DNA of 64,000 bases from positions 672,001 through 736,000 of the forward strand of contig CAWAWS010000039.1 in the NCBI GenBank assembly GCA_963785725.1, written 5' to 3'. Position 1 is the first letter of the stretch. Every line of letters begins with the position of its first letter. Origin of the DNA: an uncultured delta proteobacterium (GTDB lineage: Bacteria > Myxococcota_A > Polyangia > Palsa-1104). This document shows, piece after piece, positions 31,575 to 40,889 of this stretch. The position numbers and the translations under genes are program-made. The notes under the pieces are model-generated. The model worked only from the letters and a program-made list of their open reading frames with translations. It searched no databases and was not told where the DNA came from.

Positions 31575-32231
31575 TCACCGTCGTGGCGGAGTCGCGAAAT
31601 GGACAATTTGTCGTCGTGCGATTAAGCGCGCGGGGGACGATCGATGCGGCTGGTCGGGCGCGGCCGGCGGCGTCTGCGGCGCGGGCTGCGCGAGCGAGGC
31701 GACGGTAAACGTCGGAGCAAAGGCGAGCCGCGGCGGCCATAACAGCTGCGCGGCGTGCAGATCGGGCAAGAGCGGCTCAGGCGCGGCACTGAGCGCGCCG
31801 GCGGCGACCCGCTGGCCGCCATGACCGCGCGCCGCGCGCAACATCTCCGTGCGCGTGCGGCCGTGCATGATGATGCAGCAGCTGCCGCCTTCGTCGAAAC
31901 GGCTGGCGAGCGCGCTCCAGTCGATAGCCGAGTGGCTCGGCAGCGTCTCGGCGCTCGTCGTTGCGGGGGCTTCGCAGTCGACTTCCAGCGGCGTCATCGC
32001 GGAGGCCGTTTGCATACGTATGTCGAGCATTTCCGACTGCGTATTCGTGTCGGCCGTTTCCAGCGCCGGCGACGAGAGCGGGCCGGCTTCGACGGGCTGC
32101 GACATCGCGCCGCCGTCGACGCGTGCGGTCGCACGGGTGACGTCGCTGGCACGCGGCTGTGGCGTCGCGATGACGCACGCCAAAGCGGCCACGAAAGACG
32201 CCAACATGAGGGCAGTATACGCAAAGCCCAT
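31575..32231 (-). CDS. Hypothetical protein upstream of the DsbA gene (possible frameshifted RPP-type leader)
   Basis: Hydrophobic N-terminus, CC..H motif and Pro-rich end. An alternative frame ends IDRPPRA-stop at 31622. Confidence 0.4.
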   Translation of the reverse strand: MGFAYTALMLASFVAALACVIATPQPRASDVTRATARVDGGAMSQPVEAGPLSSPALETADTNTQSEMLDIRMQTASAMTPLEVDCEAPATTSAETLPSHSAIDWSALASRFDEGGSCCIIMHGRTRTEMLRAARGHGGQRVAAGALSAAPEPLLPDLHAAQLLWPPRLAFAPTFTVASLAQPAPQTPPAAPDQPHRSSPARLIARRQIVHFATPPRR

Positions 32232-32325
32232 AGCCGCGACAATGACCCTGCTTACTTTGGAATGCGGTTGCGCACGCGAGCGGCCGGATATTGACGATTC
32301 ACATATAGATCGTGAGAGGTTCGAC

Positions 32326-33237
32326 ATGACTTCGACGACCACTCAACCGCTTTTCATTCTGGCGATGGATCACCGCGAATCGCTGGGCCGTGTCATTTAC
32401 GGCGTCACCGGCGAGCCGAGCGCGGCCACGAAACAGCGCATTTCGGCCGGAAAGAAGCTCGTTTACGCCGGGCTGACGGCGGCGCTGGCGCGCGGCGGCG
32501 ACAAAGCGACGACCGGCGTGCTCGTCGACGAGCGCTATGGCGCCGAGGTCGCGCGCGCCGCCAAGGCCGCCGGACTGACGCTGGCGATGCCCATCGAGCG
32601 CTCGGGTCAGCACTGGTTCATGCTCGAATATGGCACGCTCAATGAATCGGCCTGGCTCGATCATATCGCCGAGTTCGATCCCCATTATTCCAAAGTATTG
32701 GTCCGCGATAATCCTGAGTTCGATTCGCAGAAGCGGCGTCAGCAACAAGCCGACTTGGCCAAAGCGAGCGCGGCGCTGCGGGGCAATAAGCGGAAGCTGA
32801 TCTTGGAGCTGCTGGTGCCGCCGTCGGACGCGCAGCATAAGGCGCTCGATAAGCGTTATGACCTCGAGCTGCGGCCGGAGCTGACCGAGCGCGTGATTCG
32901 CGAGCTGCAAGCGGCCGGCGTCGAGCCCGATATTTGGAAGATCGAAGGGCTCGATCGCGCCGCGGACGCGGCGCGCATGGTGGCGGTCACGCAAGCGGGC
33001 GGGCGCAGCGACGTGCGCTGCATCGTGCTCGGCCGCGACGCGCCGGCGGCCGATCTCGATCGTTGGCTGCGCGTGGCCGCCGGCGTGCCCGGCTTTCGCG
33101 GCTTCGCGATCGGCCGCAGCATTTGGGAGCAGCCGCTGATGGATACGGTCGCCGGTAAGATCGACGACAAAGCCGCGATCGACATCATCGCCACTCGCTA
33201 CTTGCACTTCGTAAAGACGTATCGCGAGGCGATGTAA
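32326..33237 (+). CDS. DUF2090/IolC C-terminal-like class I aldolase fold protein
   Basis: FILAMDHR, GVLVDERYG, DIWKIEG and GFAIGRSIW motifs. GAGAGG RBS. Confidence 0.82.
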   Translation: MTSTTTQPLFILAMDHRESLGRVIYGVTGEPSAATKQRISAGKKLVYAGLTAALARGGDKATTGVLVDERYGAEVARAAKAAGLTLAMPIERSGQHWFMLEYGTLNESAWLDHIAEFDPHYSKVLVRDNPEFDSQKRRQQQADLAKASAALRGNKRKLILELLVPPSDAQHKALDKRYDLELRPELTERVIRELQAAGVEPDIWKIEGLDRAADAARMVAVTQAGGRSDVRCIVLGRDAPAADLDRWLRVAAGVPGFRGFAIGRSIWEQPLMDTVAGKIDDKAAIDIIATRYLHFVKTYREAM

Positions 33238-33252
33238 GCGCGCCGAATATCT

Positions 33253-33474
33253 CTAACGCGGTTTTCGTTCACCCCAGCGACGCATCAGCTTCGACGTGAC
33301 CTCGATACAGCGCGGGTCGAAGGTCGCGACATAGTCGCGGAACGGCGTGGCGCGCGCGTCGTCGGCGAGCCGGCGCGCGATGTCGTCGGCGGTCAGCTCG
33401 GGCGCGAACATCACATTCAAGAGCGCCTCTTGATAGGTCGCCAGCGCCTCTTCGTCTTCGCGTTCGCGTGACAT
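33253..33474 (-). CDS. Small helical protein, probable MNIO partner
   Basis: 73 aa: MSREREDEEALATYQEALL...KLMRRWG. Starts 16 nt after the MNIO stop on the same strand. Confidence 0.65.
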   Translation of the reverse strand: MSREREDEEALATYQEALLNVMFAPELTADDIARRLADDARATPFRDYVATFDPRCIEVTSKLMRRWGERKPR

Positions 33475-33490
33475 GAGCGGCGCGGCGAGC

Positions 33491-34396
33491 TCAGGCTTCG
33501 TCATCGACGGACTCCACGATGTCGCGCAGGCGTTTGAAGTCGGCTTGATAGCGGGCGATCTCGTCATCGCTCTCGATATTGGCGCCGCGCTGCTCGAGGA
33601 ACACGACTTCGGCGTTCGGACAGCGACGTAAGACCGCCGGCAAGAGCGCGAAAGCCTCGTCGGGCACGGGACCATCGTGGCTATCGAGCCGTATCGGTCC
33701 TTTGTGCGCTTGCACGGTCGGTTGATACCAATCGCCACCGGAGATATGCAGCTCGCGGACGCGCTCGAGCGGATAACGCGGCAGCATGTCGTCGACCGAA
33801 AGCCCGAGGTTGCGACATTGTGTCCATAAGTTGTGAACGTCGAACAAGAGAAAGCCGTCGCTCGGCGCCAGCAGCCGGCTCAAGAACGCGCCCTGCGTCG
33901 TGGCGTCCTCGGCGCTGAGCGCGATGGCCGTATTCTCGAGCCCGACTGGAATGTCGGCGGCGAGCGCCAGGCGCTGCAGTCGGTCGTGTCCGATCCGCAG
34001 CGCCGCGTCGGTCATCGGCACGGGGAACATCGTGCCGCAGGTGAAATCGCCGGCAGTAAAGAAGCCGAAGTGCTCCGAGAAGTGGCGATAGCGACGCGCT
34101 CTGCATTCGTGCGCGAGCTGCTCGAGCCAACGCTCCTGGCGCGGCTCCAAGCGTGCCGATAAGAACGAGAACCAGACGCCGTGTCCATAAAGGGCGTCGT
34201 CTTCACTGTATACATCGAGCAGCTCGTCGACCCAACCTGGCAGCTCGCGATACTGCTCGGGTCCGCGACCCCAGCTATCGTCGACGTCCCACTCCAGAGC
34301 GTCGACGAGGCCAGCCTCGAAAAGCGGCCCGGCCGCTGCGCGATATCGTTCACTCGCGAACAGATTCAATCCGACGCGCAGCGGCCGAGCCCTCAT
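33491..34396 (-). CDS. DUF692 multinuclear non-heme iron-dependent oxidase (MNIO)
   Basis: Metal-ligand motifs GHGV, FSEHFGF, VGLEN, LFDVHNL, ELHISGG, LDSHDGPV and VFLEQ. Confidence 0.9.
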   Translation of the reverse strand: MRARPLRVGLNLFASERYRAAAGPLFEAGLVDALEWDVDDSWGRGPEQYRELPGWVDELLDVYSEDDALYGHGVWFSFLSARLEPRQERWLEQLAHECRARRYRHFSEHFGFFTAGDFTCGTMFPVPMTDAALRIGHDRLQRLALAADIPVGLENTAIALSAEDATTQGAFLSRLLAPSDGFLLFDVHNLWTQCRNLGLSVDDMLPRYPLERVRELHISGGDWYQPTVQAHKGPIRLDSHDGPVPDEAFALLPAVLRRCPNAEVVFLEQRGANIESDDEIARYQADFKRLRDIVESVDDEA

Positions 34397-34405
34397 GGTC
34401 GCGAC

Positions 34406-34564
34406 TTAGACCTTGTCGCCCGAGAGCGTGATGAGACGACCACAGGTCGGGCAGCCGCCGCCGGCCGCTTTCGCCAGATCTTTGCTGTCGATCGTGCGCA
34501 GGATCGAGGCAGCCTTCTGATTGCGCTCCGTCTTCTGCTTCACTTCGTTCTTCTTGTTGGTCAT
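34406..34564 (-). CDS. Putative RiPP precursor peptide (52 aa, double-glycine leader, CPTCG core)
   Basis: Manual translation: MTNKKNEVKQKTERNQKAASILRTIDSKDLAKAAGGGCPTCGRLITLSGDKV. AAAGGGGA RBS. Stop is 9 nt before the MNIO ATG. Confidence 0.8.
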   Translation of the reverse strand: MTNKKNEVKQKTERNQKAASILRTIDSKDLAKAAGGGCPTCGRLITLSGDKV

Positions 34565-34881
34565 GTGATTCCCCTTTGCGAGAGTTGAATTTCAAGTGCG
34601 CGCGCAAATCGACCATGCGCTCACGATTCCTTTCCAGCAGCGACGCGTCGCACATGTATGTCGTTTTTATTTGATAGTGAGTATGGCGGTCCTCACATTC
34701 TTAGCGCGCCATCAGCGGACGAGCGGAGATGGCGAGATTCCGTCGAGGATCATCGATCCGGTCGTTGTCGCCGGCGAGACAACAGCCGCGACAAAATGTC
34801 GCATGTCCATGCCGCTGAGCGCTCGGAGGTGTGCGCCGGGTAACGGCGCGGCCGAGCCAATTCTGCGTTAATGTCGCTCCA

Positions 34882-35595
34882 ATGATTAGCGCTCGGACTC
34901 TCACGCGAATGATTGGCGGCCCATTCATCCTTATCGTTGTCGCCGGTTTCGCGAACGGCGGCTCGCAGACGTCCTATGTGCAGGCCGCGCACGCCGAGAA
35001 AATCGCCGACGATCAGCAGCTGGCCGCGCAGAAGGCGCTGGGCGCGCTGCCCGGTCGTCACGAGCCGGAAGATCGCTGCGGCAGCGATGCGGACGAGGAG
35101 CGCTGCCGCGTGTGGCAGCTCGCCGTCGACCTCTTACCCGACGTGCCCGGCGTGGAGCAGGTGCGCGCGTCGATGAGCGAAGGGATCGCGCTCTTCGACG
35201 CCAGCCATCAGTTGATCGCGCGCAACGACGGCGACATCAGCCCCGGCTCGCTGTCGGCGTTCGGCGAGCTGTCGGCCGGGCAGCTCATCCCCGACGCCGA
35301 CCTCGAGCTCGTCTGGTTCCACGACGACGGCGGGCGCAACAGCGGGTCGAGCATGTTGACCGTGCTCAAACGGCGCGGCGCCGAGCTCGTCGAGGTGTTC
35401 GTCGGCGACACGCGCGAGTGGGACGATATGGTCACCACCAGCGGCGGCGAGCGCGACGGCCACGTCACGCTCGGCGGCAACGGCGTCATTCACTATCGCG
35501 CGCCGGGCAGCAAGCGCGTCACGACGTGGCGCTGGGACGCGGCCGCGTTCCGCTTCGTCAAAGAGGCGACGCCGGTCAAACATCGCTTCAACTGA
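34882..35595 (+). CDS. Exported hypothetical protein (start uncertain)
   Basis: Hydrophobic N-terminus, Cys pair, beta-rich C-terminus ending WRWDAAAFRF. GC-rich third codon positions. Confidence 0.6.
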   Translation: MISARTLTRMIGGPFILIVVAGFANGGSQTSYVQAAHAEKIADDQQLAAQKALGALPGRHEPEDRCGSDADEERCRVWQLAVDLLPDVPGVEQVRASMSEGIALFDASHQLIARNDGDISPGSLSAFGELSAGQLIPDADLELVWFHDDGGRNSGSSMLTVLKRRGAELVEVFVGDTREWDDMVTTSGGERDGHVTLGGNGVIHYRAPGSKRVTTWRWDAAAFRFVKEATPVKHRFN

Positions 35596-37478
35596 GCCTG
35601 ACGCGCCGGGGCCACCTTATTCGTTCGCGTCGGCGAAGCGACCGCGGGCGCGGCCTGCGTCGTTCCTCGAAGGCGCGCTAAACCGGCTGGGCGGCCAAGA
35701 ATCTCGGCGAGCGGCAGGGCGAAGCCGTCGTCCCGGTCGATCGTGACCACCTCGGCGTAGGTCGTGCCGCCGCGCTGCCGCAGCCGCTCGATGCGCACGA
35801 CGTGCGCGAAATCGCGCGCCCGCAAGAGCAGCGGCTCGCCCGTCTCGACCGCGCGCTGCAACGTCGCCTCCAGCAGCGCCGCCGCCGACGGCGCGACCAC
35901 CGGCGCGTCGACGCGACCGGCGGCCGCCGGCGACGACAAGGGCGGCCGCTCGCCGCTGAGGCGCGCGCGCAGCCGCGCCTGCAGCGCGCCGGCCGCTTCG
36001 GGCGCACGATAGCGCTCGTCGCGATCGTGGACGAAGACGGTATAGGGCGACTGCTCCTGCCGACCGCCGTCACCGACGAGCGGATCGCGATCGAGCACGC
36101 GCACCGCCAGCTTGCGCAGCACCGCCTTGACGCGCGAACGCTCGAAGTCGTGCACCATCAAGACGCGCTCGCCGAGCTCGGTCACGGCGATGCGCTCGCG
36201 CCGTAGCGCCGTCAGCGCCAGCGCTTTTTGCTCGGTGTTGTCGAGCTGAATCGCCAGCCCTTCGCACAACAGCGCGCGCTGCGACGTGCGCGTCCAACTG
36301 CGAATCGTCACCGCGACATTTTGCGGCAGCGCGCGCTCGGCATGCGCCGTCAACAGCGTCACCAGCTCCTCGGTCGTCGCGCCTTCGTCGATGGCCGCCT
36401 GCACCGAGTCTTCGTCGACGCGAAAGGTGACGAAGCGATCGGCGTGCTGCAGCTTGGCGAAGCGGCCGAGCTGCGCGATGACGTCGGGCGGCGTATTCGG
36501 CGGCGCCAGCACCTCGAAGCTCGGCTGCACGACCAGCCGACCGACCTCGGGCGCGGGCAGGCGCGGCGCGCGAAAGTGGCGCACGCCGCCCGCGTCGCTC
36601 GTCTGCTCGAGCAGCAGCGTCGACGAGAAAGGCGTCAGATCGGGCTCGGCGCCGCGGTTTCCGCCATAGAAGTGCGTGCGCAAGCGGACGATGCGCTCCA
36701 GGCTCGGCGCCGGCAGCCAGCCGCCGTTGGCCGTCGCGCACAGCGTATAGGCGCGAAACATCTGCCACGACGACAGCTGCCGTGCGATGAGCTCGCCCCA
36801 CGAATCGCCGATCGGCCGCGCGAACAGGCGGGCCACGCCGTCGCCGTCGAGCTCGACGCGCTCGCTGAGCTTGAGCGTATGCGCGCTGATGAGGCCGTCC
36901 ACGAGCGCGTCGACACGACCGGCGAGCCGCGGCGTCGTCGCCAGCCGCTTGTCGAGCTTGCGTAGATCGCTCGCGTTGATGCAGCCGTCGCGATTGACGC
37001 GCGGTCGCGCGTTGGCGAGCAGCGCCAGGAGCACGGCGGCGTCGAAGCGCAGCGGCTCGGGCTCGGCTTGCAAGTCGTCGCGCAGCGGCTCCACCGACGG
37101 GACGAACCACGTCAGCGCCTCGGCCACCCATTCGAGCACGCCCAGGCGCTCGCCGTTGCCGCTGGCGGTCACCAGGCCCGTCGTTGCCAACGCCGTCAGC
37201 GCCGGCGCCGCGCGATCGCCGAGCGCGCGCGTCAGCTCGCCGAGGAGCAGCGCGCGCGGCACGAGCCCGCCGGCGTCGACGGCGACCGAGAGCGCGCACA
37301 CGACGTCGGGCGCCAGCGTCGCCAAGCCGGCCGCGACGGCGCTCGGGTCACGCAGCGCGCGCGCCACCTGAAGATGCGCCGGCTCGCGCGCGTGCGGCTT
37401 GACGACGAACAGCCGCAGCAGCGCCTCGACGAGCCCGGCATCGAGCCGCTGCAGCTGAATCATCAGTCGATCTAGCAT
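35493..37478 (-). CDS. Helicase-associated domain protein (XPB/Ssl2 N-terminal-like, Helicase_C_3)
   Basis: LVVQPSFEVLAPP...RFA...FRVDEDSVQAA...LPQNVAVTIRSW motif. Lies directly downstream of XPB. Confidence 0.8.
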   Translation of the reverse strand: MLDRLMIQLQRLDAGLVEALLRLFVVKPHAREPAHLQVARALRDPSAVAAGLATLAPDVVCALSVAVDAGGLVPRALLLGELTRALGDRAAPALTALATTGLVTASGNGERLGVLEWVAEALTWFVPSVEPLRDDLQAEPEPLRFDAAVLLALLANARPRVNRDGCINASDLRKLDKRLATTPRLAGRVDALVDGLISAHTLKLSERVELDGDGVARLFARPIGDSWGELIARQLSSWQMFRAYTLCATANGGWLPAPSLERIVRLRTHFYGGNRGAEPDLTPFSSTLLLEQTSDAGGVRHFRAPRLPAPEVGRLVVQPSFEVLAPPNTPPDVIAQLGRFAKLQHADRFVTFRVDEDSVQAAIDEGATTEELVTLLTAHAERALPQNVAVTIRSWTRTSQRALLCEGLAIQLDNTEQKALALTALRRERIAVTELGERVLMVHDFERSRVKAVLRKLAVRVLDRDPLVGDGGRQEQSPYTVFVHDRDERYRAPEAAGALQARLRARLSGERPPLSSPAAAGRVDAPVVAPSAAALLEATLQRAVETGEPLLLRARDFAHVVRIERLRQRGGTTYAEVVTIDRDDGFALPLAEILGRPAGLARLRGTTQAAPAVASPTRTNKVAPARQAQLKRCLTGVASLTKRNAAASQRHVVTRLLPGAR

Positions 37479-37509
37479 GGGCAAGACTGGACGCGCATGG
37501 ACGAGCCGC

Positions 37510-39261
37510 TCACTCGTTCTCCGTGCCGGTGGCGCGGCTCATCGGAAACGGCAAGATGGTGGCGCCCGCCGGATCGCGCTCGACGGCCGGCGCGGCGCCG
37601 ATCTCCTCGATGTAATAGCGATAGCCCTGCTCGGTGAGGAACAGCTGGCGGTTCATGGCGAAGCGCTGGTCGGAGGTGTCGCGCGTGACGATCGAGTAGA
37701 ACAGCGCCGGCCGCCCGTCGCTCTTGGGCCGCAAGATGCGCCCGAGCCGCTGCGCCTCCTCTTGCCGCGAGCCGAACGTGCCCGAGATCTGAATGCACAC
37801 GCTGGCGTCGGGCAAATCGATGCTGAAGTTGCCGACGCGCGACAAGATGAGGACGGGAATCGCGCCCGCGCGGAAGCCGTCGAGCAGTCGCTCGCGCTCG
37901 CGCTGCGGCGTCTCGCCGGTGATGAGCGGCGCGCCGAGGCGCTTGGCCGCCGCCGCCAGCTGCTCGAGATAGGCGCCGATGACGAGGATGCTGGCGCCGG
38001 CGTGATCGGCGCACAGCCGCGCCGCCTGCTCGAGCTTCGCCGGATTCGCGGCCGCGATCTGATGCTGCGCCTGCGCTTCGGCGGCGTCGTACAGTGTACG
38101 ACGATCGGCCGGCAGCGCCACGCGCAGCTCGTAGCAGGTGGCTTCGGCGATGAAGCCCTGCGCCTCGATCTCTTTCCACGGCACGTCGAAGCGCTTCGGT
38201 CCGATGAGGCTGAACACTTCGCCTTCCAGGCCGTCCTCGCGAATCAGCGTCGCCGTCAGGCCGAGGCGCCGCTTGGCCTGAATCTCGGCGGTCAGGCGAA
38301 ACACCGGCGCCGGCAGCAGATGAACCTCGTCGTAGACGATGAGCCCGAACTCGTGCCCACCCAACTTCTCGAAGTGCGGAAACGCGCCTTTGATCTTCTT
38401 GGTCAGGATCTGATAGGTCGCGACGGTGACGGGCCGAATGTCTTTGCGGTCGCCCGAATATTCGCCGACCTGATCGGCCGTCAGCGTCGTCTTGTCGAGC
38501 AGCTCGGCGATCCATTGCCGCGCCGCCGTCACGTTCGTCACCAGCACCAGCGTCTCGGTCTGCAGCTCGGCCATCGCCGCCATCGCCACCAGCGTCTTGC
38601 CGGCGCCGCACGGCAGCACGACGACGCCGTGCCCGCCCGCGTGATCGCCGGCCGCGCCGGTGGCGAACGCGCGCACGGCGTCGCGCTGATAGGGCCGCAG
38701 CGCGAACGGCGCGCCCGCCGCTGACGTCGCGCGCAGCGCCACTTGCAGCGGCCGACCCGGCGTGAACCCGGCGCGATCGTCGACGGGATGGCCGAGCTTC
38801 AGCAGCACCTGCTTGACCGTGCCGCGCCAGGCCGGCGGCACGACGAACGCCAGCGGATCCGACAGCGGCTCGAGCAGCTGGCTCAGCGTTTGGTGATTGC
38901 GCGCCATCGCCGCCAACGAAACATTGGCGAACCCGAGGCGCAGCCGGCCTTCGGGACCGGCCGTGAGCACGATCTTGCCCCAGCGCGCGGTCAGGTCGAC
39001 GATCTCGGCGAGCACGTTCTGCGGCAGCGGATAGCGCGAATATTCGCGCAAAATGCCGGTGATTTCGTCGGCCGTCATGCCGCTGGCGGCGGCGTTCCAC
39101 AGCGCCAGCGGCGACAGCCGATAGGTGTGCATGTGCTCGGGCGACTTCTCGAGCTCGGCAAAACGGGCCAATCCGGCGCGCGCGGCCTCGTAACGCGGCG
39201 AGTGCAGGTCGACCAAGAGCGAGCGGTCGGCCTGCACGATCAATGGGTCATCGGCGCGCAT
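37510..39261 (-). CDS. xpb: Bacterial XPB/Rad25 DNA repair helicase
   Basis: PLIVQADRS, FAELEKSPEHMHTY, LPCGAGKT, YDEVH, GLTATLIRED, EAQRLGRILRPK. Confidence 0.93.
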   Translation of the reverse strand: MRADDPLIVQADRSLLVDLHSPRYEAARAGLARFAELEKSPEHMHTYRLSPLALWNAAASGMTADEITGILREYSRYPLPQNVLAEIVDLTARWGKIVLTAGPEGRLRLGFANVSLAAMARNHQTLSQLLEPLSDPLAFVVPPAWRGTVKQVLLKLGHPVDDRAGFTPGRPLQVALRATSAAGAPFALRPYQRDAVRAFATGAAGDHAGGHGVVVLPCGAGKTLVAMAAMAELQTETLVLVTNVTAARQWIAELLDKTTLTADQVGEYSGDRKDIRPVTVATYQILTKKIKGAFPHFEKLGGHEFGLIVYDEVHLLPAPVFRLTAEIQAKRRLGLTATLIREDGLEGEVFSLIGPKRFDVPWKEIEAQGFIAEATCYELRVALPADRRTLYDAAEAQAQHQIAAANPAKLEQAARLCADHAGASILVIGAYLEQLAAAAKRLGAPLITGETPQRERERLLDGFRAGAIPVLILSRVGNFSIDLPDASVCIQISGTFGSRQEEAQRLGRILRPKSDGRPALFYSIVTRDTSDQRFAMNRQLFLTEQGYRYYIEEIGAAPAVERDPAGATILPFPMSRATGTENE

Positions 39262-39388
39262 GCGCTATCTGCGCACGGCAAAACGCGCGAATCAAGCGTC
39301 TATAGACGTTCGGCGGCGCGATTGTCCGACATGCCGCGCACGACGAATGCGGCGACAGGCGGATTCTCCGGCGCGCTGAATCGCTCAC

Positions 39389-40252
39389 TCAGGACAACGA
39401 CGCGCGCAATATCCGGCGCAGCTGCGCCGCCGATTCCGACAGCGGACTATGGCGCCGTTCGACGAGATAATAGGAAATACGCGGCAATTCCTGCAGTGGA
39501 CGGCTGGCGAGCGCCGCGGGAATCCGACAGCAGCCGTTGACGATGGCGAGGCCGATGCCGAGCTCGACGAAGCGCAGCGCCAGCTCCCAACCGGTCGCCT
39601 CGACGGCCACGCGCCAAGGCACGTCGGCGGAGTCGAACGCTTGCGCCAGCGTGGCGCGTTGCGGCCGGCCGACGGGCGGCACGATGAGCGCGGCGTCGCG
39701 CAGGTCGGCCAGCCTGAGCCGCGGCTTGCGCGCCAGCGGATGGCGCTTGGGCATGACGAGCACTTGCGGCACGCGCGTCAGCCGCTGCGCGTCGAGGTCA
39801 TCGGGCAGCGCGTCGAATGCGGCGACGCCGAGCTGCGCCTCGCCCGCGCGCACGGCGTCGACGGTGCCGGCGCGATCGCGATGCAGGAGCGAGAGGCGTG
39901 CCGGCGAGACCCGCTTGAAGTCGCGAATACCCGGCCCCAGCAGATACATGAACGCGCCGGTCCCCGCCGCCAACGTCACCGACGCTTCGCGCGCGCCGGT
40001 TCGCAAGAGCGCCACGACCTCGGCCGATCGCGCGCGGGAATCGCGGGCGAAGCCGAGCAGCGCCACGCCGGCGTCCGTGAGCGCGAGCTGGCGTCCGTGC
40101 CGCTCGTACAGCGCCACGCCGACCGCCTCCGTCAGCTTGGCGATTTGCACGTGCAGCGCCGGCTGCGACAGGTGCAGCGCCTTGGCTGCGTGCGTGAAGC
40201 TCGAGCGCTCGGCGAACGCGATGAACGACTCCAGCCACTCCGAACGTAGCAT
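39389..40252 (-). CDS. LysR family transcriptional regulator
   Basis: SFTHAAKALHLSQPALHVQIAKL HTH plus a substrate-binding domain. Confidence 0.92.
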   Translation of the reverse strand: MLRSEWLESFIAFAERSSFTHAAKALHLSQPALHVQIAKLTEAVGVALYERHGRQLALTDAGVALLGFARDSRARSAEVVALLRTGAREASVTLAAGTGAFMYLLGPGIRDFKRVSPARLSLLHRDRAGTVDAVRAGEAQLGVAAFDALPDDLDAQRLTRVPQVLVMPKRHPLARKPRLRLADLRDAALIVPPVGRPQRATLAQAFDSADVPWRVAVEATGWELALRFVELGIGLAIVNGCCRIPAALASRPLQELPRISYYLVERRHSPLSESAAQLRRILRASLS

Positions 40253-40352
40253 TCGCGAACTATAACGTGAGCGGATAGTATATCGATAAACAATAGTTCA
40301 GAATGAGCAGTCGATCCCTTAGCCTTGGGTCATTGAATACAAGGAAACGTAA

Positions 40353-40889
40353 ATGACCTCGATATTGGATCATCCTGAATTTCGCGCCGACTTCGATCGC
40401 TTGGCAGCGGTGACGCTCAACCCCGAGCGGCATACGGCAGCCGATGCACGCGCGCATTCGCTGGCGGTGGCGGCGCGCGTCGCGGCGCTGGCGGCGCGCA
40501 ATGGCGTCGGCGAGCCGCAGCGGCAGAAGCTGGTCGACCTCGCGCTGTTGCACGACATTGGTAAGCTTGGCGGCACCGCCAATGCGTCGGCGTCGGTCGA
40601 TCTGTTGCCGCGTTATGGCGTCGTCGATGCCGAGCTAATCGAGCTGGTTCGGCTGCACGATCTGAATCTGCCCTGGCATTTGTCGCGGCTGCGCGGCGAG
40701 GCGCCGACGGACAAGGCGTGGCGTAAGCTGGCGCGCCGTGTCGATATGCGCCTACTGTGTCTATTCATGGTCGCCGATCGCGTCGATTGCCCGGGCGGCT
40801 GGCGACAAAACGCCGCACTGACGTGGTTCCTCGATGAAGTCGCGCAGCGCCAGCTGTTGATGCCGCCGTTGGAGCTCGACGATGCGTGA
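40353..40889 (+). CDS. HD domain phosphohydrolase
   Basis: H...AHS...LALLHDIGK...LHD...VAD motifs. AAGGA RBS. Confidence 0.85.
   Translation: MTSILDHPEFRADFDRLAAVTLNPERHTAADARAHSLAVAARVAALAARNGVGEPQRQKLVDLALLHDIGKLGGTANASASVDLLPRYGVVDAELIELVRLHDLNLPWHLSRLRGEAPTDKAWRKLARRVDMRLLCLFMVADRVDCPGGWRQNAALTWFLDEVAQRQLLMPPLELDDA

Noticed and set aside
34640..34651. Perfect palindrome GCGACGCGTCGC
   Set aside because: GC-rich palindromes of this length are expected by chance in this composition.
34350..34655. 101-aa ORF from the track upstream of the DUF692 gene
   Set aside because: It overlaps the MNIO start and lacks an RBS. The 52-aa ORF in another frame has an RBS, proper spacing and a precursor-like sequence.
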